DNA of 64,000 nucleotides from Candidatus Zambryskiibacteriota bacterium (GTDB lineage: Bacteria > Patescibacteriota > Minisyncoccia > Phycocordibacterales > WO2-35-19): contig JASNZL010000009.1 of assembly GCA_048499675.1 (NCBI GenBank), positions 303 to 64,302 on the forward strand. The letters are read 5' to 3'. A program made the position numbers and the translations under genes. Below, one piece after another: positions 47,206-58,860 of this stretch (the stretch's first letter is position 1; every line of letters begins with the position of its first letter). The notes under the pieces are model-generated. The model did no database searches. It was not told the DNA's origin and saw only the letters and a list, made by a program, of their open reading frames with translations.

Positions 47206-48441
47206 TTATTCTTTCTCTTTCATCGGCACCAAAACATACATATAATCTTCTCCTCTTTTTTCCCTAAAGACGGGTGTAATTGTGCCTGACACACCATCTT
47301 CATCGACCTTTATTTCAACTTCATCCGAAAATGAACTTTGAATGTTGTTTGTTAATGTCTGTCTTACACGCTCATCTTCAGCGTAAGGTAAGACGACCAA
47401 ACCATTGGGATAATTTTGTGAATCTCTTTCAGCCGATATATTTGTAACCGCCGTATCTCCATCATAAAAAAACTTATCTCCAGAATTAGCAGGAGTATTT
47501 ACTGCCACATTACTTCCAAACATAACTTTTATGACAGCCATTCTGATTTTGTAATTCCAGAAAGAAATTTTCTTTTTTGCTTTACTAATAAAATTATCTG
47601 TACTTTTTAAGTCATACTTGTCGGATCCATAGTCAGTACTCAAAAATACACCTGCAACTACAGACGCTTTATTTGAAACTCGATCACCAAACATATCCAA
47701 TTTTTTTGAAATCTCTCTCAAATCAAAACTTTCTTTTATCAGAGATGCCCTTGTTGCAAATTGTGCATCTATCAAACTTTCTTCATTTTTTGACCAGACA
47801 AAAATAAGCAACAAAACCGCCATGAGAGAAACACCGACAGTGTTTCTAAACATTCGAAGATTAAAAATTTCACTGTTTTTATTTTTTTGAATGACTGTTG
47901 GACTAGTTTTTGAATGCAAAAACTTATCTGCGTTTGCTTTGGTAATCTTTGGGAAAAGAAAATACTCATCCTCTAATTCATACGTAATGAAAGTATTATT
48001 GCTCTTTACAATCTTGAGTGAAGGAAGGTATGTGTTTTTTTCATATAAGGTTTTGCGGATAAATGACAAATCCTCAGTAGAACTGTCGAGCACAGTTTGA
48101 TTAATTGAAGTGGCTTCAGGAGTAGCTCCTTCAACATCTTCTGTTTGAAAATATTTTTTATTATGGTCTTGGTTTTCTTGACTAACAATTTTTTTAGTTG
48201 TATCAATTTTTTTAACCGATCTAAGTGATTTATATTTTCTTCTAGCTAATCTAGTTTTTGCAGATTTCTTGTGGTTAATCAAATCACTCTCAGAGACAAA
48301 CCAAAAGTGTCCGATCATAATTCCATCTACTTTTTTTGATCTACAAAGTTGGCCTATGTAATCGGTCGTGTAGCCAAAAATTTTTTCGGCACTACTAGCC
48401 GAGATATACTTTTTCCCTTTTTCAAAAATAGGCTTATCCAT
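47206..48441 (-). CDS. single-pass membrane protein with cytoplasmic N-terminal domain, unknown function
   Basis: TM helix near residue 200 (GVSLMAVLLLIFVW). 411 aa. Confidence 0.3.
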   Translation of the reverse strand: MDKPIFEKGKKYISASSAEKIFGYTTDYIGQLCRSKKVDGIMIGHFWFVSESDLINHKKSAKTRLARRKYKSLRSVKKIDTTKKIVSQENQDHNKKYFQTEDVEGATPEATSINQTVLDSSTEDLSFIRKTLYEKNTYLPSLKIVKSNNTFITYELEDEYFLFPKITKANADKFLHSKTSPTVIQKNKNSEIFNLRMFRNTVGVSLMAVLLLIFVWSKNEESLIDAQFATRASLIKESFDLREISKKLDMFGDRVSNKASVVAGVFLSTDYGSDKYDLKSTDNFISKAKKKISFWNYKIRMAVIKVMFGSNVAVNTPANSGDKFFYDGDTAVTNISAERDSQNYPNGLVVLPYAEDERVRQTLTNNIQSSFSDEVEIKVDEDGVSGTITPVFREKRGEDYMYVLVPMKEKE

Positions 48442-48857
48442 TAAGGATATTATACTATCTCGGATACACGAGATACTAAATATTTCTGTGGATAAATAAG
48501 GTAAAAAAATTTAGTTTAAATTATATCAAAAAAGTGATAATGAACCATCAAAAATCTTTATAAAAAAACATACAAAAAAGTGCCAGATTACACTCACACC
48601 ATCACCAACTCAAAAAAGGTTCTATGAGCAAAATTTCTATCCAAAAACGAACGTTCTAACTCATAAATCAAATAACAGTCCGATCTACCATAATATTTAA
48701 CTTAATTTAATTCACTATTTAATTAATCTATCTGCTATCAAATTTCATAACCAATAAAACAAGAAAAAATTCTGATGTATTTATAAAATCTTATCCACAT
48801 AACTTATTGTTAATCGTTGTAATTTTTGTATAATGATTAGTAACGTTTAACAAGCTT

Positions 48858-49094
48858 ATGGAAAACTATATAACTATAAAAAACGCGGCTTCAATTTTGG
48901 GTGTATCAAAAATGACACTTAGAAATTGGGACAAATCTGGTAAACTAACCGCCCTTAGACACCCACTCAACAATTACAGAGTTTACCGAATTTCTGATAT
49001 AGAAAGAATAATTGAACTTATTGAAGCGAGTCCTCTTGTCATACAGAGAAAAAAAGATGAGATTAAGAAGCTATCGGTGAGACACCTAGATTAG
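48858..49094 (+). CDS. excisionase/MerR-family helix-turn-helix DNA-binding protein
   Basis: ITIKNAASILGVSKMTLRNWDKSGKL matches the Xis-family HTH (TIGR01764-like). Confidence 0.5.
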   Translation: MENYITIKNAASILGVSKMTLRNWDKSGKLTALRHPLNNYRVYRISDIERIIELIEASPLVIQRKKDEIKKLSVRHLD

Positions 49095-49675
49095 TTTTTC
49101 TCTGATTTAAAAATTAAAAACATATCATATATGATATGTTTTTAATTTTTAAAATATAGATTTTTCAAATTTTACAGATTCTGTAGGAATACTATAACAC
49201 TACATTATAGACGAGTTAAACAAAACTTACTTTTAATCAATTCTTCTTTGTCCACCATATTCAAATTACAACACTAGGCTAGTAGTATAAACTCACCAAA
49301 AAAACCGCATATCAAAATTATATAATTCTTATGAATTTTCATTGATACAGATTTACATCTTTGAGTAATTTTTAATACCAAATACAAATACCATCAAATA
49401 TTACTGGCATTTATAAACAAGGCATACCGCTCAACTATCTTTTGTATTTTGTATCTAGTTCTACTATAAAATTTATTCATACCCCCTATTTAGTATATGC
49501 TTAAATGTACCCAAAAAGTCAATTTTAAATTTAAACACACATAAAAAAGTTTTGTGTTTTGATCATAGACAAGAAATGTACTTTTCTAATGACCTCAATT
49601 GACTATTTTTACAAAAAATCACGATCATTTTATTATCTTTTTTGACAATAAATTTCATAACTATGTAATAAAAAT

Positions 49676-49720
49676 CTTATTGTATCCATATCAAACCCTC
49701 AGGGATTGATATGACAACCT
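49676..49720. repeat. 15-bp-arm inverted repeat (tatcaaaccctcagg-N14-cctgagggtttgata), IS200/IS605-like subterminal hairpin
   Basis: Perfect palindrome 70 bp upstream of the HUH transposase gene. Confidence 0.5.
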
Positions 49721-49791
49721 GAGGGTTTGATACTTATCCACACCCCAAAACACATCCCCCCATTAACCTGATATTATTAAATTATCAAAAT

Positions 49792-50454
49792 ATGAGATAC
49801 GAAACATTTACAAGTAATGAATATTATCACTTATACGCTCGTGGTTCTAATCAAGAGAATATTTTTATTGACGAGCATGACAAAGTGCGTTTTATTTTTT
49901 TGTTATGTCTTTACACTTCCCCAACACGGATCAACAACACTTTTTGGTACGTAAACAATTTCATTAAAAAAGGCGTTTTTGGTTTTAAACCAGACAAACT
50001 TTCGGATGTGACCAAAGATAAAAGCTTGGAACTTAACTGCTTCTGTGTTATGGATAATCATTTTCATATATTAGTCCGCAACGTGGAAGATAATATGATT
50101 TCTGTGTATATGCATAGAGTACTCACTGCATACAGTAAATACTTTAATGCAAAGTATCGGAGAAAAGGTCATGTTTTTGATGGACCATACAAGGCTGTCC
50201 ACATTAAAAACAACAACCAAATACTTCATTTATCAGCCTATATACACAAGAATCCTAAGGATATAAAAGAGTGGTCAAATAAGTATGAGAAATACCCTTG
50301 GTCCTCTCTCTCAGACTACATAAGTACAAATAAGTGGGGTAATTTTATAAGTAAGGACATAATACTTGGTCAATTCAAAACACAAACAGATTACAAAAAT
50401 TTTGTGTCCACAAGCACAGCAAAAGAATATTTATTTGAGGATTTGCTCAAATAA
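49792..50454 (+). CDS. IS200/IS605-family Y1 HUH transposase-like protein (RAYT-like), 220 aa
   Basis: HuH motif DNHFHILV. Catalytic-Tyr region LHLSAYIHKNP. The 3' end overlaps gatB convergently by 24 nt. Confidence 0.55.
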   Translation: MRYETFTSNEYYHLYARGSNQENIFIDEHDKVRFIFLLCLYTSPTRINNTFWYVNNFIKKGVFGFKPDKLSDVTKDKSLELNCFCVMDNHFHILVRNVEDNMISVYMHRVLTAYSKYFNAKYRRKGHVFDGPYKAVHIKNNNQILHLSAYIHKNPKDIKEWSNKYEKYPWSSLSDYISTNKWGNFISKDIILGQFKTQTDYKNFVSTSTAKEYLFEDLLK

Positions 50455-51831
50455 ATCTTTTAGAATTTGAGGATTTGCAGAGCCTTTTGATTCTTTCATG
50501 CCTTGTCCAACAAGAAATTGTAAGGCGCTTAATTTGCCAGCTTTATACTCTTTTATGACTTCTGGATTCAAAGAAATCACCTTATTTACAATGGTTTTGA
50601 GAGATTCCTCATCATTTTTTTGAATTAAACCCTCTCTGAGAGCTATGTCTTTTGGGCTTTCGTCCTTTATGTACATTATTCCGATTATATCTTTAGCTCC
50701 TCGCGAAGATATCTCCCCTTTTTCTATCATTAAAATAAGTTCGGCAAAATTAACAGGATTTATATGACAAAAGTCCTTACCAGCAATATCACTGATTATA
50801 TAATTTGATAATAATTGATATGATTTTTTGTTTATCTTCTCACTAACTTTTTCAAATAAATCAAAATAATCAGTATTTTTTATGTAAAATTCAATATCTT
50901 CTTTCTTTACTGCATACTCACCCAGAATCCTTTTCCTTCTATTTTCTGGTGTCTCTTTTAGATCCTTTGTTAGCGACTCATAAGAAAATTCTCCAATATC
51001 ACCTAGAGCGAGTTTGGGCAGATCTGGATCTGGAAAGTATCTATAGTCGTGAGAATCTTCTTTGGATCTTTGTGAAAATGTCTCTTGTTTTGCCTCGTCC
51101 CATCCCCTTGTTTCTTGTTTGATTTCTCCGCCATTTTCAATTGTTTCTATGTGTCTATTTATCTCAAACATGACAGCTCGTTCTGCCGATCTAAATGAGT
51201 TTAGATTTTTTACCTCAACCTTAGTGCCCAATTTTGGACTTCCTTTCTTTGACACAGAAATATTTGCTTCTAAACGCATTTCGCCCTTTTCCATATTTGC
51301 ATCTGACACACCCAAATATTGCAACAACAACTGTAACTCCTCTCCAAATTTTACTACTTCAGAAGCACTGTGAATAACAGGTTCTGTAACAAGTTCCAAG
51401 AGTGGAACTCCTGCTCTATTAAAATTTACTAAACTATTACCACTTTCTCCATGGGAAGAACTAGCTGTATCTTCTTCTAGATGAATCCTTGTCAACAAAA
51501 CTCCAGCCAATTCCCCACCCGACACAAGAGGATATTTATACTGACTAATTTGATAACCTTTTGGTATATCTGGGTAAAAATAATTCTTTCTATCAAATTC
51601 TGATTTATCTGCCAATTTACCTCCAACAGCCACGCCCACCTTCAATATATGCTTTACAGCCTCTTTGTTGATTACAGGAAGCGTGCCGGGGTGCCCCATA
51701 CAAACAGGGCAAATATTCCAGTTTGGCCTTTCCTCATCTGGATTATTCTTGCAAGCACAAAACATCTTTGTTTGTGTCTTTAATTCTGCATGAACTTCTA
51801 GACCTATTGTTGGTATAAATTCAGAACTCAT
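50431..51831 (-). CDS. gatB: Asp-tRNA(Asn)/Glu-tRNA(Gln) amidotransferase subunit B
   Basis: IGLEVHAELKTQTKMFC and NWNICPVCMGHPGTLPV are canonical GatB motifs. Confidence 0.9.
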   Translation of the reverse strand: MSSEFIPTIGLEVHAELKTQTKMFCACKNNPDEERPNWNICPVCMGHPGTLPVINKEAVKHILKVGVAVGGKLADKSEFDRKNYFYPDIPKGYQISQYKYPLVSGGELAGVLLTRIHLEEDTASSSHGESGNSLVNFNRAGVPLLELVTEPVIHSASEVVKFGEELQLLLQYLGVSDANMEKGEMRLEANISVSKKGSPKLGTKVEVKNLNSFRSAERAVMFEINRHIETIENGGEIKQETRGWDEAKQETFSQRSKEDSHDYRYFPDPDLPKLALGDIGEFSYESLTKDLKETPENRRKRILGEYAVKKEDIEFYIKNTDYFDLFEKVSEKINKKSYQLLSNYIISDIAGKDFCHINPVNFAELILMIEKGEISSRGAKDIIGIMYIKDESPKDIALREGLIQKNDEESLKTIVNKVISLNPEVIKEYKAGKLSALQFLVGQGMKESKGSANPQILKDLFEQILK

Positions 51832-51839
51832 ACCATTAT

Positions 51840-52757
51840 TTATACCTTTTTTATTACCCTTTTTGCAAGTTCAAGTGCCGCTTCTTTTGTCTTCGCACTT
51901 GCAAAAAATAAACCTTTGTGGCAAAAAATAGCATCTTTTACGCCTGATACTCTTACTAATTCATCATATGATTTTCCTGCCCACTCTACTGGAAAATCGG
52001 CTCTATTTGATAAATAGTCATTTATATTAGAACGCGCTACTTGTACACCCCAATTTTTACCAACAAAATCTGGGTAAACAACTACATAAACTTTTCTAAA
52101 ATCACTTACCACTCTTTCCCAAGGCAAATATTTATCAAGAACAAGGATTTCTGGTTCGGATTGTTTCTCTATATATTTTAGTACCAAATTCTCCCCTTTT
52201 ATAATACTTTTAGCAATTTCAATTTCTCTTTCGATAATCTTCACTGCAATTTTTAATATTTCATTAAAATTTTTGTCTATATTGTGAGCCCCCTCATCCC
52301 AAGTTGACCTAAACAAATTCATTATATCTACACCAAAGGTGTATTCAGAAATATCATCGTAAATATTTTTTGATAGATTCACTCCATTATCATGGGCATC
52401 AATTGGTACTACAAGCTTTTTATCAATCATTTTTAAAATTTCATCATTTCCGCAAATATTCTTTCCAAACTTTTTCCACACCAAACCAAAAGAGGCATAG
52501 GGAATATTGTTTTCTCTTACCATCTCAAATCCATTTTGGTGATGGTCAAATCTGTTTAATCTTTCGTCATAAGAACCACCCACATCTATTACAATATCTG
52601 ATTTAACAATAACAGATTCTTCTCGAGTTCTAATTATTTTTATCTTTTTATTATTTTTGTTTGCCCACATCATTACCACAGCGCAAGCAAAAACATCATC
52701 GGCATGAAATTGACCGTCGTGAGTACACAATATCAAAGGTTTGCTGAAATTAAACAT
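51840..52757 (-). CDS. MYG1/UPF0160-family metal-dependent hydrolase
   Basis: CTHDGQFHADDVFACAV and DVGGSYDERLNRFDHHQ match UPF0160 motifs. Confidence 0.55.
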   Translation of the reverse strand: MFNFSKPLILCTHDGQFHADDVFACAVVMMWANKNNKKIKIIRTREESVIVKSDIVIDVGGSYDERLNRFDHHQNGFEMVRENNIPYASFGLVWKKFGKNICGNDEILKMIDKKLVVPIDAHDNGVNLSKNIYDDISEYTFGVDIMNLFRSTWDEGAHNIDKNFNEILKIAVKIIEREIEIAKSIIKGENLVLKYIEKQSEPEILVLDKYLPWERVVSDFRKVYVVVYPDFVGKNWGVQVARSNINDYLSNRADFPVEWAGKSYDELVRVSGVKDAIFCHKGLFFASAKTKEAALELAKRVIKKV

Positions 52758-52772
52758 AATGAAGTAATTTAA

Positions 52773-55439
52773 TTAACGTTTAATGCTAAATATTATTTTT
52801 CTTATCTCTTCTACTAGAAGGATCGAAGACGCAACCGCTATGGCAATAGCCCAATCATATGGGTCCAATGGGACAAGTCGTAATATGTTTTGCATAAAAG
52901 GATTATAAACTGCAAAAATATGCGACCCTACGGCACCAAAAAGACCCAAAACCAAATACTTATTGGTAAATGGTTTATAAAATGCAGAGTTGGTTTCCGA
53001 CCTCACATTCCAAGCGTTAAACCACTGAAATGCGGCTAAGACAGTTAGCGCCATGGTCCACGCTTTTGCACTACCCATATTGTAATATACAGAAAATGTA
53101 ATGAGAGCAAAAAACGCCATTGTACAACTCATAAGTATTGCTCTAATCCCACCAATTTTTGTCAAAATATTTGTTCCTCTATCACCTTCTTTTAGAGAAA
53201 TTTTTGGCTCAAAACCCAAAGTAACGACCATAAAACCATCAGTAACCAAGTTTAGCCATAATATTTGGCTAGGATAAAGAGGTAAAGGTAAACCAATTAC
53301 CAATGAACCTGCAATTGCAAAAAACTCCCCAAGACTTGTTGAAATCAAATAAAGAACAACTTTCTTAATGGTTGCATATATAGAACGCCCCTCTTCAACT
53401 GCTGCTATTATGCTCTTGAAATTATTATCGAGCAAAACAATGTCCGAGGCATCTTTGGCTACATCTGTACCACCTTTGCCCATAGCAATACCTAGATGGG
53501 CCGCTTGTAGCGACAGCGCATCGTTTACACCATCACCAGTCATACCAATAATATCGCCTCTTAGCTTGTAAGCTTCTACTATTTTAAATTTATGTTCGGG
53601 TAAAACTCTGGCAAAGACAGACACATTTTTTAGCCTCTTTGAAAGCTCTTCCACACTCAATATATCTATTTCTGCCCCCGTAATAACCTTATCTCCATCT
53701 TTATAAATATTTGCCTCTTTGGCAATAGCTTTGGCTGTCCCAACAAAATCGCCCGTTATCATCACTACTCTTATATCATTTTTTTGTACCAGAGAAACAG
53801 CCTTTGAAACTTCTTCTCTCAATACATCCGCCATTGCATACAATCCACCAAAAACAAGTTTGGGCATATTCTCCAAATCAATAGAACTATCATTGTCTTT
53901 GTTATAAGCAAAAGCAAGGACTCTCAATCCCATAGATGAAAATTCTTCAATTTTTGAGTAAATATCGTTCTTATCATTATTATTTATTTCTCTTACTCCC
54001 TCATTTGTCCAAATATGTGAAATTCTAGAAATTATACTTTCAGGTGCACCTATTATTGATAATTTGTATTCTAAATCTTTTATTTTATGAATAGTTGCGT
54101 GAAATTTGTATTTAAAATTAAAAGGAATATCTAAAACTAGTGGCTCTTCGGATTCCAATTCAGATTTTCTAAAACCTGTCTTTTCTCCAAACACAACGAG
54201 CGCCGCCTCGGTAGGATCGCCAAGTATTTTTATTTCATCATTGTGCGTAGACTCGACACTGGCACTGGAACAAAAAGTTGCAATCTTACCTGCAAACAAT
54301 ATCTCTTTATGGTTAGATACCTCTATTGGTTTATCATTAAGAATAATATTACCATCCGAGTTAAACCCCGAACCCAATACTGTGTAAGTTTTGGAATCAA
54401 CATAAACCCTCTCCACCATAAGCTCGTTTTTTGTTATCGTCCCTGTCTTATCTACCGCAATAACATTTGCTTGCCCCAAAGCTTCGACCGCCTGCATATT
54501 TTTTACAAGTGCGTTTCTCTTCGCCATCTTGTAAACTCCCCGTGCTAAAACCAAAGTAATAACAATTGGCAATCCAGCAGGTATCAAAGAGACGGAAACT
54601 GCTGTTGCTGTGAAGAATAGTTCATAAAAATTTAGTCCCCTCATATAACCAACTGAGAGCATAAATATTACTCCAACAAAAACAGAAACCCCGACCACTT
54701 TTGAGAACTGACCTATTTTCTCTTTTAATGGCATCTCAGTATCAATGTCAATTAATTGCTCGGAAATTTGTCCAACATAACTTGATGCCCCTGTTTCGGT
54801 TACAATCGCTCTTGCTTGTCCGGAAACACACAAAGTACCTTTAAAAATCATATTTTTCCTGTCAGGGATAGGAGTTTCTTCATCTATTAAATCTATATTT
54901 TTAGCGACAGACGTTGATTCTCCAGTCAAAGCAGACTCGTTTATTTTTAAATCCTGTAGAGAAATAAGTCTTGCGTCCGCAGGTACTTTGTAGCCATCTC
55001 TTATAACAATCAAGTCCCCAGGAATTAATTCTTCATCCAAAATTTCATACTCTTTTCCATCTCTTACAACTACCGCCAAACCTCTTGTAAATTCTTTTAG
55101 AGAATCTATCGTTTTTCTTGCTTTAAACTCTTGTAATGTGCCGACTATAGAATTAACAAATAAAACAAAAACAATTATTATACCATCAGTAAATTCTCCA
55201 AGAAAATTAACCACGACTCCGGCTATTATTAAAACGTATATTAGAGGATCCTTAAACTGACTAAAAAAAATTCCTATCAAAGTTTTTTTCTTCCCCTCTG
55301 GTATCGAATTTTTTCCATATTCTTTTAATCTCTTTTCTGCCTCTTTTTCTGACAATCCACGATCTGTGGTATTTAGTTTTTCTAATAATTCTTTTTCGTT
55401 CAAAGAATGCCAATTTATTTTTTTTGAAATTTTTTCCAT
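52773..55439 (-). CDS. cation-transporting P-type ATPase (type IIA/IIB-like, Ca2+/Mg2+)
   Basis: DKTGTIT phosphorylation motif. TGDFVGTA. GDGVNDALSL. 10 TM helices. Confidence 0.85.
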   Translation of the reverse strand: MEKISKKINWHSLNEKELLEKLNTTDRGLSEKEAEKRLKEYGKNSIPEGKKKTLIGIFFSQFKDPLIYVLIIAGVVVNFLGEFTDGIIIVFVLFVNSIVGTLQEFKARKTIDSLKEFTRGLAVVVRDGKEYEILDEELIPGDLIVIRDGYKVPADARLISLQDLKINESALTGESTSVAKNIDLIDEETPIPDRKNMIFKGTLCVSGQARAIVTETGASSYVGQISEQLIDIDTEMPLKEKIGQFSKVVGVSVFVGVIFMLSVGYMRGLNFYELFFTATAVSVSLIPAGLPIVITLVLARGVYKMAKRNALVKNMQAVEALGQANVIAVDKTGTITKNELMVERVYVDSKTYTVLGSGFNSDGNIILNDKPIEVSNHKEILFAGKIATFCSSASVESTHNDEIKILGDPTEAALVVFGEKTGFRKSELESEEPLVLDIPFNFKYKFHATIHKIKDLEYKLSIIGAPESIISRISHIWTNEGVREINNNDKNDIYSKIEEFSSMGLRVLAFAYNKDNDSSIDLENMPKLVFGGLYAMADVLREEVSKAVSLVQKNDIRVVMITGDFVGTAKAIAKEANIYKDGDKVITGAEIDILSVEELSKRLKNVSVFARVLPEHKFKIVEAYKLRGDIIGMTGDGVNDALSLQAAHLGIAMGKGGTDVAKDASDIVLLDNNFKSIIAAVEEGRSIYATIKKVVLYLISTSLGEFFAIAGSLVIGLPLPLYPSQILWLNLVTDGFMVVTLGFEPKISLKEGDRGTNILTKIGGIRAILMSCTMAFFALITFSVYYNMGSAKAWTMALTVLAAFQWFNAWNVRSETNSAFYKPFTNKYLVLGLFGAVGSHIFAVYNPFMQNILRLVPLDPYDWAIAIAVASSILLVEEIRKIIFSIKR

Positions 55440-55491
55440 AAGATTATTTGATTGTTATTTAAACAATTTCTCGTATCGAAATAACAAAAAA

Positions 55492-57459
55492 CTACTCGTG
55501 AATTATTTTTATGCTTGTTTTTAATACTTCGCTCTTTTTTGCACACAGAGCTATTGTTCTCACAAATTCAGAATGGCTCCACACAAGTGGCATAGCAGAT
55601 ATTGGGCTACCTGTATACGGATTTATTTGCTCTGATAAAACAGAATTTTTTGAATTTTTAGTAACCCATTCTATATCTTCAAAGACTTTTTCTAGATCAT
55701 TAACAGAATTAGCACAAGCAATTTTATACTGAGTCAGCCACAAAGTGGTCACGAACCAAGGATTACCGAGAGCTTCTCCACCCACATTTGCATAAGCATC
55801 ATTCTCATATCTTGGAACGCCACCTACTATATTTCCTTTTTTTAACCTCTGATTCAAAACTTCAAACGCCTCTTTCATTTTAGGATCTTCGGGAGACAAA
55901 ATACCATATCTAAATACTCCATAAAAACTACTAACATCTAGATTTGGATCTTTTTCTAATTTTTCACCAACCAAATTAATAAATCTTTTTTCGTTATCAT
56001 CCCATAAATAATTTAATATAGAACTTCGAAGAGACTCAGCTTCTTTGTAAAAATTAGCCATATCTTCCTCTTTTCCAAGTGTTTTAGCAAAATGTCCGGC
56101 AGAAATTAACGCACCATACACAACTGATGCCGTATACGAAGACACCCCGTACTTTTCTTCCCATAAATCATAACTAGGCAGAGGTAGTCCCGTATTAGCA
56201 TCTCTATAGCGAATCATAAACTCCGCAGATCTTTTTATAAATCTATTATATATACTTTCAACAAACTCCAAATCCTTTGCTCTAGAATAATGCTCCCACA
56301 ACCCAACAAGGAGGATTGCTGTCTCGTCTTCCTGAATAGCAAGCTGTCTTCTACCATCCTTTACCCATGGATGCCACGAGCTTCCTAAAGAATAATCTGG
56401 CTGATATTTATGCAAAATATAACCATCTTCTGTTAATACTTCATCTGCAAATTCATAAAATTTTCTTGATAAATCATAAAATCCTACCAAATCAAAGGTC
56501 CATGCCGTATAACACGCATCTCGTGGCCAAACATAACTATAAGTATCCCCACCATACTGAACATTACCAGAATCAGCCGAAGCCAAAATACCACCTCTGT
56601 TATCGGTATGAGTTCTCATAACAAACAAAGAATCATAAAACAATTTTTTTGATTCTTCAGATAAACCATAAAATGGTATTGAAACTTGATTAACCCACGC
56701 TTGCCAAAAATCCTGAGTAGAATCAATTAAGTGTTCGCCTGATTTATTGAGTACATAATCCAAGAGTTCACAAACCTCTCTATAAGTCTCACCAACTGCA
56801 ATCCAGTAATAAACTGTGACTGAAGAATTTTCCGGAATTTCTCTTTTCCACGATATAACAGAATCAACTATGCCATGCTCTATTGGATTTTTTGACAACA
56901 ATCCATCTTCCGCATCCCTCCAAGTCCCCTCTTTACCTTCTATACCACAAAAACCTATACCATAATCATCAAAAGGTTTGTTTTCGCAAACCCCTCCTAC
57001 CAAAAAAACCCTTCTACCCTTATAATGTATTATTGACTCAATGGTACTTGAGAAATATGCAGTATCTGCATGATTTGTATCACCAATTTTGAATTGTTGA
57101 TTAAGGAAAATACTGATTTCTCTTTTTTTATTACTATCATTATTTATTTTAATTTTCCTAAGGAAAATGTTTTTTTCATTGTATACCACATCAAAAGATT
57201 CAATTGAGACATTAATTTTGTCATTACGCAAAGTAACGTTACTCACCATTGTGTTTTTTTGATATTCTATTTTAGCTTTCCAATCCCCATTATCAACCCA
57301 ACTAATTACTCCATCAACAAAAACCCCAATCCTATGAACTTGGTTTTGGCCTACATGATTTTCGTGACCAACATATGGAAAATAGAAATCCCTTACTTGT
57401 CCATAATTATCTAAACAAACAAGTGAATTGCCATTACCCAGAACTAATGAACGTGCCAT
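55492..57459 (-). CDS. glycoside hydrolase family 15-like (glucoamylase/glucodextranase/trehalase-related)
   Basis: YSYVWPRDACYTAWTFD and (alpha/alpha)6-barrel-type motifs. 655 aa. Confidence 0.55.
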   Translation of the reverse strand: MARSLVLGNGNSLVCLDNYGQVRDFYFPYVGHENHVGQNQVHRIGVFVDGVISWVDNGDWKAKIEYQKNTMVSNVTLRNDKINVSIESFDVVYNEKNIFLRKIKINNDSNKKREISIFLNQQFKIGDTNHADTAYFSSTIESIIHYKGRRVFLVGGVCENKPFDDYGIGFCGIEGKEGTWRDAEDGLLSKNPIEHGIVDSVISWKREIPENSSVTVYYWIAVGETYREVCELLDYVLNKSGEHLIDSTQDFWQAWVNQVSIPFYGLSEESKKLFYDSLFVMRTHTDNRGGILASADSGNVQYGGDTYSYVWPRDACYTAWTFDLVGFYDLSRKFYEFADEVLTEDGYILHKYQPDYSLGSSWHPWVKDGRRQLAIQEDETAILLVGLWEHYSRAKDLEFVESIYNRFIKRSAEFMIRYRDANTGLPLPSYDLWEEKYGVSSYTASVVYGALISAGHFAKTLGKEEDMANFYKEAESLRSSILNYLWDDNEKRFINLVGEKLEKDPNLDVSSFYGVFRYGILSPEDPKMKEAFEVLNQRLKKGNIVGGVPRYENDAYANVGGEALGNPWFVTTLWLTQYKIACANSVNDLEKVFEDIEWVTKNSKNSVLSEQINPYTGSPISAMPLVWSHSEFVRTIALCAKKSEVLKTSIKIIHE

Positions 57460-57662
57460 ATTCTAATAATACAGCTTTTCCTTTGTTTCAAAAAGTTTTT
57501 ACTGGGAATAATGAGTTAAAAAGATCTTGTAATTTTTAACCAATTTTAATTTTCAATCATTTAATTTTCAATTCTAATTTTCTTTTTTACTCTGATACCC
57601 AGATTCAAAATTCCAGACTCTATCTTCTTCTTATCTCGTATTTCGTATTTCCTATCTCTTAT

Positions 57663-58763
57663 TTAAATTCCTTCTGCTTTTAGTTTATTTACTGCTTCTT
57701 TTGCAGATTTAGATATTTTCTTAGGAATTTCTACTTTTACTTTTATGAGTATATCTCCTCTTTTTTTATTATTATCTGGCACACCCTTGCCTTTTATTTG
57801 TAAAATATCGCCAGTATTAACTCCTTCTGGGATATTTAGCTTAGAAATTCCGTCAAGTGTAGCCACTTCATAAGTTGCACCAAGAAGAGCGTCAGAAAGC
57901 TTAACGTCCAAATTCATAACCAAATCATTACCTTCTTTGTGAAATATTTTGTGTTTTTTGACATGAGTCTTTACATACAAATCACCTGATACACCACCCT
58001 TGATTGCCTCCCCAGCACCAGAGAGTCTTATCATTTCTCCATTTTCTATACCAGCTGGTATTTTAATTTTTACTTCTTCTTGTTTTTTGTTTATTCCAAG
58101 ACCGTCACAAGTATTGCATTTTTCCTTTGGAACTTTGCCTGTACCACTACAAGTTTCGCAGTTTTTTGTCATTTCTATTGAGCCAAAAATTGTTCTCTTT
58201 TGTTCACGGATAGAACCCTTGCCGTTACAAGTATTACAAGTAATCATTTCGGTTCCCTTTTTTGCACCACTTCCGGAGCAAGTATCACAACTTGATACTT
58301 TATTAATCAAAAACACTCTCTCAACTCCAAAAACCGCTTCCTCAAAAGTAAGTTCTACATCTATCGATATATCTCTCCCACGCTTAACTCTAGAACCACG
58401 TCCTCCTCCAAAAAATTCTCCAAATATATCACCTATGTCAAAGTCAGCACCGAATCCTCCTCCATTCGCAAAACCAGAAAAATCAAAACCAGATGCCTGA
58501 CCACCCCCCGCCCCAGCAAAATCATTCCAATTAAAACCACCCGCTCCACCCTGTCCAGATGTATACTCTCCATATGTATCATATTGGGCTCTCTTCTTTT
58601 CATCAGAAAGCACACTATATGCCTCATTTAGTTCTTTAAACTTGTCTTCATTACCACCCTTTTTGTCTGGATGGTATTCATGAGCCAGCTTTCTAAAAGC
58701 CTTCTTTATATCGTCTTTTGAGGCTTTTTTGTCAACACCTAGAATTTCATAGTAGTCTTTCAT
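57663..58763 (-). CDS. dnaJ: molecular chaperone DnaJ
   Basis: J-domain YYEILGV...HPDK. Gly-rich linker. Four CxxCxGxG zinc-finger repeats. Confidence 0.9.
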   Translation of the reverse strand: MKDYYEILGVDKKASKDDIKKAFRKLAHEYHPDKKGGNEDKFKELNEAYSVLSDEKKRAQYDTYGEYTSGQGGAGGFNWNDFAGAGGGQASGFDFSGFANGGGFGADFDIGDIFGEFFGGGRGSRVKRGRDISIDVELTFEEAVFGVERVFLINKVSSCDTCSGSGAKKGTEMITCNTCNGKGSIREQKRTIFGSIEMTKNCETCSGTGKVPKEKCNTCDGLGINKKQEEVKIKIPAGIENGEMIRLSGAGEAIKGGVSGDLYVKTHVKKHKIFHKEGNDLVMNLDVKLSDALLGATYEVATLDGISKLNIPEGVNTGDILQIKGKGVPDNNKKRGDILIKVKVEIPKKISKSAKEAVNKLKAEGI

Positions 58764-58860
58764 CCCGTAGTAGATTTTGGCAATGTTATAATAACGATTC
58801 CGTAGGAATTATTGCCAAAATTCACTACGGGATTCATATTGTCCTAATTATAGCAGAATT

